31,180 bases of DNA from positions 1 to 31,180 of the forward strand of contig JAGFJO010000148.1 of the NCBI GenBank assembly GCA_024102635.1, read 5' to 3'. Numbering within the stretch: position 1 is the first letter of the stretch; each line of letters opens with the position of its first letter. This document shows positions 1 through 6,671 of the stretch, in pieces. Origin of the DNA: Deltaproteobacteria bacterium. GTDB lineage: Bacteria > Bdellovibrionota_C > UBA2361 > JAGFJO01. Below the pieces are notes generated by a model, which saw only the letters and a program-made list of their open reading frames with translations, was not told the DNA's origin and searched no databases. The position numbers and the translations under genes were made by a program.

Positions 1-35
1 TAGTATATTCTTGTGAAACATTTCTTGCCGATATT

Positions 36-434
36 TTGGGGAAACGCTCAAGTAACAGACCCGCCAAAAGAAAATCCACTTCAGAGGGCGAATACGCGCT
101 GGTCTATTCGACCGATCCTCCTCCGGAGAAGCGCTGCAGCAATTGCCGGCGCACCGTAAAGGAGTGCGTTTGTACGGCGCAGGAACTTGTCCCCTCTAGT
201 ACTATAAAAGCGGCGCTTCGAATAGAGCGTAAGGGACGTGGAGGAAAGAGTGTTACCGTAATCTCACAATTGCCTGCCCACGATACCTACTTGAAAGGGT
301 TGCTCTCCTTCCTGAAACGATCATTGGGCGCAGGAGGAACCTATTACATCAGCGAAGGCCAAGGGGTCATTGAGCTACAGGGGGAAAGAGACAGCGAGAT
401 AATCGCCCTCATTGAAAACTATCAGCATAGCTAA
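36..434 (+). CDS. yciH: Translation initiation factor SUI1/YciH family. Start uncertain: the track uses TTG at 36 and the frame is open to the window edge.
   Basis: The protein has the SUI1 core: 'LVYSTD', 'IERKGRGGKSVTVISQL' and 'GTYYISEGQGVIELQGERDSEI'. The size of about 130 aa fits YciH. Confidence 0.75.
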   Translation: MGKRSSNRPAKRKSTSEGEYALVYSTDPPPEKRCSNCRRTVKECVCTAQELVPSSTIKAALRIERKGRGGKSVTVISQLPAHDTYLKGLLSFLKRSLGAGGTYYISEGQGVIELQGERDSEIIALIENYQHS

Positions 435-448
435 CTTGGGGCCTGCAA

Positions 449-1738
449 TTACCGGATCAGCCGCCCCTTGAGCGACGAGCCTATCGTTTGAAATAGAGCA
501 TTTAGCTCATCCGCGCGCGAGGTGGCAAGATAAAGGCCTCGGGCCGGAGCAGGGTGACCGGGCGGCACCAAGGCCGGGTTGTACTGAGCGTTATTCAAGA
601 TCCCTGAGCGGAAGTAATGTACAGGCTCTGTATTGTTCGGCGGAGCGACATTTGCGATTCTTCTTAGAAAATTAGATTTCAGGCTAACCTCATCCCGATA
701 ATCCTGATAGGCGTCGTCTCTCTCAAGATCTGTAGCATAGCCACTGCCATCGGGCAGCCTTCGCCCGCGCAGGGCCCCTATTCCTATGGTGTATATAGCC
801 ACTCCGCTCGAAGCGCGCACGGCGTCAGCCTGTAAAAGGGCTCTATCGTAATTATCTCTATGCTTAGGTACGGTAAAGAGTTGGCAGTCATAAGGCCTAT
901 TGTGAGGGTCTAAGGCGGGGTCTATTTCAACAAGTGAATTGCACGAGTGGGTTGGAGCGCCGTCCGTTACAAGCACTATCGCTTTGTGAGCTGCCGTTAA
1001 GTCAGGGCGGGCGATAAGAGCGTTTTTCATCGTGTGCTCGGCGAGCCATAAGCCGAGCTGAGTATTAGTAAAACCGCCGGCCGACAACGTATCCACAATT
1101 GAGCCGAAGTGAGAGAAGTTCGATGTCATATCGGCTCCGGGCGGTATGTCAGCTAATTCCGAAAACTTGACGATCGCCATGTAATCATAACCGGGCTCAA
1201 AGAGGTTGATGAAGTTTTTTGCGGCTGTCTTTAGCGCGTCGAGTTTACGCACGCCGCCTGCCAGTTCGTTCATAGAACCTGTAACATCGAGTACGAGCAC
1301 GACCACCGAACGTTTGCTTGCGGCGCGCGCCGAAGTTTCCACGCTCTCGTGACTAGTCATACTGGGCACAATTCGCATGAACCAGAGTGGGAGGGAGACA
1401 TTGCCGTCAACATGCATGATAGATTTATCGGCTCCGTCGGCCCAAAAAGCATTTACCTGAAAATCGCCGGGATCATATCCCATCGCCTCGAGATTTATCC
1501 GTGTTACCTGTTCCGCAATAAACGGCCCTCGATCGACATTTACTGTTCCGGAGACCTTGCTTCCGGCTATCGCTCCAGCATCGTAGGCTCTCTGAAGCCT
1601 CAGGCGTGCCCTGTATAGTTGCGCTGAGTCGGCAGCGAGTCCGACAAGAATGAAAAGAGCGGCTACTACGATTGCGCCCAGCGCCAGAAAGTATCCTGAC
1701 TGTGATGAGCGGCGTTTGTTAATAAATAGAGAGTTCAT
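449..1738 (-). CDS. tadG: TadG-like Flp pilus assembly protein with a vWA domain. The start is moved to the internal ATG at 1738.
   Basis: An N-terminal TM helix is followed by a TadE/G-like segment 'LAADSAQLYRARLRLQRAYDAGAIAG'. A vWA MIDAS motif 'VVVLVLDVTGSMN' follows. A GGAG RBS (reverse complement of 1744-1747) lies 5-8 nt upstream of the ATG at 1738. The track start at 1813 would overlap the upstream gene by 95 nt. Confidence 0.7.
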   Translation of the reverse strand: MNSLFINKRRSSQSGYFLALGAIVVAALFILVGLAADSAQLYRARLRLQRAYDAGAIAGSKVSGTVNVDRGPFIAEQVTRINLEAMGYDPGDFQVNAFWADGADKSIMHVDGNVSLPLWFMRIVPSMTSHESVETSARAASKRSVVVLVLDVTGSMNELAGGVRKLDALKTAAKNFINLFEPGYDYMAIVKFSELADIPPGADMTSNFSHFGSIVDTLSAGGFTNTQLGLWLAEHTMKNALIARPDLTAAHKAIVLVTDGAPTHSCNSLVEIDPALDPHNRPYDCQLFTVPKHRDNYDRALLQADAVRASSGVAIYTIGIGALRGRRLPDGSGYATDLERDDAYQDYRDEVSLKSNFLRRIANVAPPNNTEPVHYFRSGILNNAQYNPALVPPGHPAPARGLYLATSRADELNALFQTIGSSLKGRLIR

Positions 1739-2246
1739 AGGAATCTCCAATAGCATCGCCCATAATGTAGTTAAGAATGGGCATGCTGACCTTCCGTGAG
1801 AAAAAGACTTCACTTAGAACCAGGCGCTTCCTAAAAGAGGTAAGGTACGCTAAGTCGGCCCGTGACAAGGTAAGAGCGGCGAATCGATTTGCGTTATAGC
1901 GGGAGGTTACGTGGGGAGATGTAGATCTGCTTGCGATGAATGCCACAACATTTGCAGCGACGTCTACTTCATAGACCGAGATCACTATCGCGGAGCCGGG
2001 CAGAAGGGTTTGCGCAGAGATGTCGAGATCGGCCAGCACAACATCGATACATGGCGCCGGATCGTTTAGCCCAGCGCAGCGGGCGGCCGCAAGTTTTGCG
2101 CTCTCCCGGCTCAACGTAGACAAAATTTCTCCGGCCTTCAGATTGAGCGCTAGATGAATGCCGCTAAAGGTGACAACAACCACCACCATAAAAAGCAGCA
2201 GGAATTCAACCAAAACAGATCCAGTGCTATGCGATTTTCCCGCCAT
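1719..2246 (-). CDS. TadE/TadF-like pseudopilin.
   Basis: The N-terminal 'GSVLVEFLLLFMVVVVV' segment is TadE-like. The gene is tightly coupled to its neighbours: adjacent to the upstream gene and overlapping tadG by 20 nt. Confidence 0.6.
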   Translation of the reverse strand: MAGKSHSTGSVLVEFLLLFMVVVVVTFSGIHLALNLKAGEILSTLSRESAKLAAARCAGLNDPAPCIDVVLADLDISAQTLLPGSAIVISVYEVDVAANVVAFIASRSTSPHVTSRYNANRFAALTLSRADLAYLTSFRKRLVLSEVFFSRKVSMPILNYIMGDAIGDSYELSIY

Positions 2247-2693
2247 TTAGCCCTCCCTTCTTGCTATCGCTTGGGCAGAAAGTGAAGCGGTGAAGAATCC
2301 GAATGAGAACGGCGCCTGCCTTTGTACTGTGATAATAAACAAACCGGGAGCGGCCGAGCCTACCTCGACGGCACAACCGGGATCAGAAAAGGGGCAGATT
2401 TTAATGTCTGATGGATTGAGTGATATGCCGAAGCGCGCCGCCTCGGCCGTTAGCTTGGCTTTAATTTGCGAAGAGGAGTAGGGGCTAACTGTAAAGGACC
2501 TTGGCGTGGAGAACTGAACGTTCTCTATTGCCGCCCATCTTGCCGTCTCATTTACGGCAAACTGCAGCGACACTTGGCGGAATAGCACCACTGCTATCTG
2601 CATGGCTATGCAGACTGTGGTCAACATAGCGGCGCTGCTAAGAGCGGCTTCGATATTTACTGACGCCCTCTGGCGCCGCACTACCGGACGCAT
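2247..2693 (-). CDS. TadE-like pseudopilin, first gene of the 3-gene operon.
   Basis: The N-terminus 'RRQRASVNIEAALSSAAMLTTVCIAMQIAVVLF' resembles the TadE N-terminal motif. Its stop directly abuts the next start. Confidence 0.55.
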   Translation of the reverse strand: MRPVVRRQRASVNIEAALSSAAMLTTVCIAMQIAVVLFRQVSLQFAVNETARWAAIENVQFSTPRSFTVSPYSSSQIKAKLTAEAARFGISLNPSDIKICPFSDPGCAVEVGSAAPGLFIITVQRQAPFSFGFFTASLSAQAIARREG

Positions 2694-2816
2694 AGAGATC
2701 GCTCCAAAAGAAACTTTACAGTTCGAAATTAAGCTTGGAAAGAACTAGAAGAACCTGGATGGAAACAGCCTAGAGCGGCTATCAAACGTTATGAACAGAT
2801 TGCCAAAAAGGTATCC

Positions 2817-2827
2817 TTTTTTTTTTT
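2817..2827. repeat. Homopolymeric T11 (A11 on the minus strand) in the upstream region of the tad pseudopilin operon.
   Basis: Read directly in the sequence: 'ggtatccTTTTTTTTTTTaaag'. It lies about 125-135 nt upstream of the tadE-like start on the minus strand. Confidence 0.8.
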
Positions 2828-2980
2828 AAAGAAAGTGCATTACCGCCCAATTTAGGGTCACTAGGTACGATACTCCCTTAACAATTGCTATGCATAAAAA
2901 TATGAAAATGGAGTAGGAAAAGGGGGTTAGCGCGAAAAGGAGACCTTATTTCCTAAAAAAGGTTGGGAAGGCGAGTGGGC

Positions 2981-3014
2981 GCCGTGCGCTGGTTCTCACG
3001 AACCAGCGCACGGC
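2981..3014. terminator. Perfect 14-bp GC-rich inverted repeat (6-nt loop) immediately after the stop of the lipoprotein gene. Likely a transcription terminator or protein-binding palindrome.
   Basis: The sequence is gccgtgcgctggtt-ctcacg-aaccagcgcacggc. On the minus strand a 'cctttttt' run follows about 18 nt later. Confidence 0.4.
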
Positions 3015-3040
3015 TATTCAACCTTCGGCAAATCCTCCGG

Positions 3041-3544
3041 CTAGTAGCCTTCGGAGTAATAGTAGCCATCACTGACGTTGATCTCGTTGGATCCCGTCTG
3101 GTTCTGGCTCTGACTCTGCTGTGCCGAGCTTGAGCTCCGGCTGGAGTTGTTCACTCCAATCCGCGTCGGCTTATACTTCTCTCCGATCCGCACCCAGCCG
3201 TAGCCGGTTGCTGCGGTTCCTGCACCGACACCGAGGTCGCGAGCGAAGCCGCCGGCGGTTCCCCAATTGGCGCGCGTTTCCTCCGTGTCGGAGGGGGTGA
3301 TCACTTGCCAGTTGGAGTAGGACCGCTGCGGGTTGCATGCCGTTCCCTCCACGCCTCCGGCGATGATGACGGTGCTTTTCTTGAGCACCGGTGCATTGCC
3401 GTCGGGGTGATTGCGGGCGCTCGGAGCATATGCGCCGAGACGCGTCGCATTGGCGAGGTCCTTTTCGCTTGTGTGGCTGCACGCGGTAAACCCGAGTGCG
3501 GTGATGGCTGCCAGAATGGCTGCCGCAATGTTATTCAGTTTCAT
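3041..3544 (-). CDS. Gly/Ser-rich lipoprotein of unknown function. The start is moved to the internal Met carrying a lipobox.
   Basis: 'MKLNNIAAAILAAITALGFTAC' is a classic lipoprotein signal ending at a Cys. The mature part is Gly-rich with a poly-Ser/Gln tail. The gene is about 62-70% GC against about 52% for its neighbours. Confidence 0.6.
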   Translation of the reverse strand: MKLNNIAAAILAAITALGFTACSHTSEKDLANATRLGAYAPSARNHPDGNAPVLKKSTVIIAGGVEGTACNPQRSYSNWQVITPSDTEETRANWGTAGGFARDLGVGAGTAATGYGWVRIGEKYKPTRIGVNNSSRSSSSAQQSQSQNQTGSNEINVSDGYYYSEGY

Positions 3545-3630
3545 GCGTTTATTGTACTGTTGTGACCGGCGCTCTCTTCCTTTCGGAAGCAATCCCGATG
3601 AGAGCGATGATCTATTGATGCTGGTTTTTC

Positions 3631-3674
3631 GGGCTGCATCGAGAGCTACCGTATGGCAGTCGACGATGCAGCCC
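3631..3674. promoter_or_regulatory. 11-bp perfect inverted repeat with a 22-nt loop in the upstream/leader region of the lipoprotein gene.
   Basis: The arms are gggctgcatcg ... cgatgcagccc. There is no T tract after it on either strand, so it is not a canonical terminator. Confidence 0.3.
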
Positions 3675-3941
3675 AAAATTCGGCACCAGGTTTAGTACAG
3701 GCGCACTAGAACCCTAAATCCACTCACATTCCCATATGTAAATGTGTAAAGAACTGCGAAATGAGTGACACCCCGCTAGACAGGGTTATGAAAAGCGCTT
3801 CAAGAATGTGGCTTATTGAGGCAATACGAATCCCGCGTAAGTTCCCGCAAGATTATGCAACTACTCCGGGGATCTACTACATATCGATTTAAAGCGTAGC
3901 ATTATGGCGAAATTCGCCGAGCGAGTTTTACGAGTTTTAAG

Positions 3942-5189
3942 ATGGGTTCTAGGAACACCTTCGGCGAGCGCCGCGGAATGCTTGATCGGGCTAAAGACCA
4001 GGACCGCCTTCGGGAAGCAAGAAGCTCTCAAGAGAATACCCGTAAAGAGCATCTATTCAATTCACGAGAGAAAGAGAGTGAAAACAGATTAGAGATTAGA
4101 CGTGCTATCCCAGTTTTCGAGACCAATAACGACGCGGTTAATTATTTCCTAAACAGAGCTGCCGCTGAAGGGAAGCGCGGGCAAGGGCGTATTGATCGCG
4201 CCTATGACATTGCGAAAAAGGAGCTTGGGATAAACCTAGACCACTGCGCGGGCACCAACGACAGAAATCGCGCCCATATAAGAGGCCAGCGTTTCGACCT
4301 AGAAGATCTTCAAGCAAGAGCCGCCGGACGTCCAGTCAATGATCGTTCTCGCGCAGAGCCGGAAAGGGAACGTGTTACCCGCCCGGTTAGTGGAATGAAA
4401 GGTGCTGAGCGGCTTATGAATTTGTCGAAAAAGGGACGGAAGGCTGAAACGCCGGAGGCCGAGCCGGCCGGACGAGATGAGCTGTCCGGTATTAAGACAA
4501 ACAACGATGCTGTGCGCTACTTTCTAAATAGAGCCTCTGCCGAAGGGCTTAGCGGGCAGGCGCGCATCGACCGTGCATATAAGATCGCACAGGAGGAGTA
4601 CTCCATTAATCTCAACCACTGTGCCGGAACAAGTGATGCAAACCGCCGCCAGGTAAGGGCACAGCCCTTTGACCTTGAAAGGCTGCAAGCCATGAGCAGG
4701 GGAGAGGGGCCAAGCGACTCTGACCGCAGACGGGCATCCGAAAGAAGGCAGGCTTTCAAGCCGCATCATGAGCGCCGCGGGGCGGAGCAGATGATGCATC
4801 TTGCAGAGCGAGATAGAGATGCAAGACGGGATGAGCTGCGGCAGGAAGGCAAGCAGTTTAAAGAACGCGGCGCTCTTGTCGATCCTGAGATTCAGGAGGT
4901 CATCGAACGGGGCGGAAAGGTGCGTGCCGATGCGCTCTATGCAACTGATCCAAGAACAGGAGAAAGGGTGGTTGTTGCTACTTCCAGCCAGAAGTATGGG
5001 CTTTTCGGTATTGAGTTACGAGAGGTGATAGAAGCGCCCGGTTACCGCCAGAAGCAGTTTTTTGGGATCCCGTATTCCACCGAGGGAGAGAGACCGGAAG
5101 CTGTGGAGGAGCTTAAGACTATGCGCCGGCACTTACGTAAAGGAACCGGACCTTTTGCGCCAAAGGACTCTACAGGATCCGACTCATAA
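3942..5189 (+). CDS. Highly charged (Arg/Glu-rich) hypothetical protein with an internal tandem duplication of a module of about 70 aa.
   Basis: Two copies of the module are present: 'NNDAVNYFLNRAAAEGKRGQGRIDRAYDIAKKELGINLDHCAGTNDRNRAHIRGQRFDLEDLQA' and 'NNDAVRYFLNRASAEGLSGQARIDRAYKIAQEEYSINLNHCAGTSDANRRQVRAQPFDLERLQA'. I recognise no known family. An alternative start is M13, near 3978. Confidence 0.55.
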   Translation: MGSRNTFGERRGMLDRAKDQDRLREARSSQENTRKEHLFNSREKESENRLEIRRAIPVFETNNDAVNYFLNRAAAEGKRGQGRIDRAYDIAKKELGINLDHCAGTNDRNRAHIRGQRFDLEDLQARAAGRPVNDRSRAEPERERVTRPVSGMKGAERLMNLSKKGRKAETPEAEPAGRDELSGIKTNNDAVRYFLNRASAEGLSGQARIDRAYKIAQEEYSINLNHCAGTSDANRRQVRAQPFDLERLQAMSRGEGPSDSDRRRASERRQAFKPHHERRGAEQMMHLAERDRDARRDELRQEGKQFKERGALVDPEIQEVIERGGKVRADALYATDPRTGERVVVATSSQKYGLFGIELREVIEAPGYRQKQFFGIPYSTEGERPEAVEELKTMRRHLRKGTGPFAPKDSTGSDS

Positions 5190-5302
5190 TAGATCTCTCG
5201 CCAATAGAGAAAATTTAAAAACCGAATATGCTTAAAAGCTTGCGAGTCATGTAGTGCCCTTTACTCATGTACATTGCCACATCACAAAGAACTTCATGAC
5301 AC

Positions 5303-6526
5303 TTGTCATTTCGGCGAAACCTTGCGCCATGTAATTTCTATCTCAGGCCTATGCAACAGGATGAGATCAGAGATGCTATTCCCCCCTATGTGACTCTCTC
5401 TTTGAGCGATCTGGTCGGGTGCAGGAGCGATTTATGGAACCACTACTTTCCATTTAACTCTTCAAACGGGCTATGGACTTTTAGCGGCCGCGTGGCATTG
5501 AAGGAGGGACTAAGTAGGTTAGCGCTCCCAGCAGGCAGTAAAATATTGGTGCCTAGCTACTACCAAGGAAGCGAGATCAGCACCCTTATCGATGCAAAGT
5601 ACACGCTTGAATTTTATCGCCTAAGCCGAACTTTGCAGGTAGACCTTAACGATATAGAAGAGCGTATTACGCCCGATGTGCGCGCGCTTTATTTAATTCA
5701 CTACTTCGGATTGCCTCAAGACATCGGCACAATCGCCGCTTTCTGCAGGGATCGTGGTCTAGCCCTAATTGAAGACTGCGCTCTGAGTCTATTGAGTCGG
5801 TGCGGAGAAACATGGCTCGGGTCCAGCGGAGATATAGCGCTATTCTCTATATATAAGTCTCTTCCAATGCCGCATGGAGGATATCTCGTGTCAAAGCAGC
5901 CAGGGCCCAAGGGGAATCTCCGCACTCCACCGCTTCGCAGTACGCTTGCTCAGTCGGCTAATTTGCTCGCGCAAAGGTATCTACGGGGCGACAAAACGGG
6001 CGCGTTAATGAAGCTATGGAGCGCAACACGGCCTTGGCGCCGTGCTGTCGTGAATGAAACGGTCTTGTCGGGACAAACCAAATGGAGCTCGGTACAGTTT
6101 GAATATACTACTTCCGCTATAGCGAGGCGTTTGCTGAAATCTTTTGACCCCGAACTCGTCATTGCTAGGCGGCGGGCTAATTTTAATAAGCTGCACTCGC
6201 TTCTCGCGGAGTTTACAGAGCCTTTGATTCAAAGCTTACCTGATGGGGCTTGCCCCCTCTTTTATCCTATACTTGTAAGCGACAAAAAGAGCTTCAGAGA
6301 TGCCCTCTCCGCCCGTGGAATAGGAAGCGTCAATATTTGGAGCACTCATCACCCAGCATGCCCGCCGCATCTTGCAAAAGAGGTGGATTATCTCCGTAAT
6401 CACTTAGTTGAGCTGCCGATTCATCAGCAGCTGAATGAGTACGACATGGAGCGAATTGCCGCGGCTGTCACATCCATTTTAATGGATGAGTGGGAGAAGC
6501 AGACGCCGCTGCAAGCAGCGTCCTAG
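5303..6526 (+). CDS. Divergent DegT/DnrJ/EryC1/StrS-family PLP-dependent enzyme (aminotransferase/dehydratase fold).
   Basis: Family-like blocks are 'FSGRVALKEG', 'GSKILVPSYYQGSEIS', 'ALIEDCALSL' and 'GSSGDIALFSIYKSLPMPHGGYL', the last containing the putative PLP lysine. An alternative start is at 5351 (MQQDE). Confidence 0.55.
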   Translation: MSFRRNLAPCNFYLRPMQQDEIRDAIPPYVTLSLSDLVGCRSDLWNHYFPFNSSNGLWTFSGRVALKEGLSRLALPAGSKILVPSYYQGSEISTLIDAKYTLEFYRLSRTLQVDLNDIEERITPDVRALYLIHYFGLPQDIGTIAAFCRDRGLALIEDCALSLLSRCGETWLGSSGDIALFSIYKSLPMPHGGYLVSKQPGPKGNLRTPPLRSTLAQSANLLAQRYLRGDKTGALMKLWSATRPWRRAVVNETVLSGQTKWSSVQFEYTTSAIARRLLKSFDPELVIARRRANFNKLHSLLAEFTEPLIQSLPDGACPLFYPILVSDKKSFRDALSARGIGSVNIWSTHHPACPPHLAKEVDYLRNHLVELPIHQQLNEYDMERIAAAVTSILMDEWEKQTPLQAAS

Positions 6527-6671
6527 CTAAAGCGCTTAGAGCTTTAAGGCGCCTTACTTAGGAATGAGCCTCAATGGCGCCGATTGTACCCAACCCTTTA
6601 CATCCATCAGTTAATGAATGCATGCTCCATGGGTCAAGGACAGCTGATGGACCCATCAATCGAGGACTATA

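Noticed and set aside
1349-1618. 89-aa plus-strand ORF inside tadG, plus antisense ORFs inside the clpA-like gene (24736..24931) and the hppD gene (20561..21244)
   Set aside because: They are antisense to strongly supported genes, with no motifs or start signals. They are likely spurious.
1739-1813. Upstream start (1813) for the vWA/TadG ORF
   Set aside because: It would overlap the preceding TadE-like gene by 95 nt. The internal ATG at 1738 has a GGAG RBS and starts right at the TM/TadG-like N-terminus.
3545-3676. N-terminal 44-codon extension of ORF 3041..3676
   Set aside because: The internal Met at 3544 begins a textbook lipoprotein signal peptide with lipobox Cys. The extension lacks signal features and contains the palindromic leader.
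3171-3695. Cluster of overlapping ORFs on both strands (3171..3482 -, 3301..3528 -, 3305..3565 +, 3411..3695 +)
   Set aside because: All lie within or antisense to the GC-rich lipoprotein gene. They are Arg/Pro/Cys-rich frames, which are GC-driven artefacts.
4129-4690. Nucleotide-level repeat inside 3942..5189, considered as a tandem repeat or CRISPR-like array
   Set aside because: There are only two copies of about 190 nt at about 65% identity, in frame within one ORF and with no spacer/repeat periodicity. It is a protein-domain duplication.
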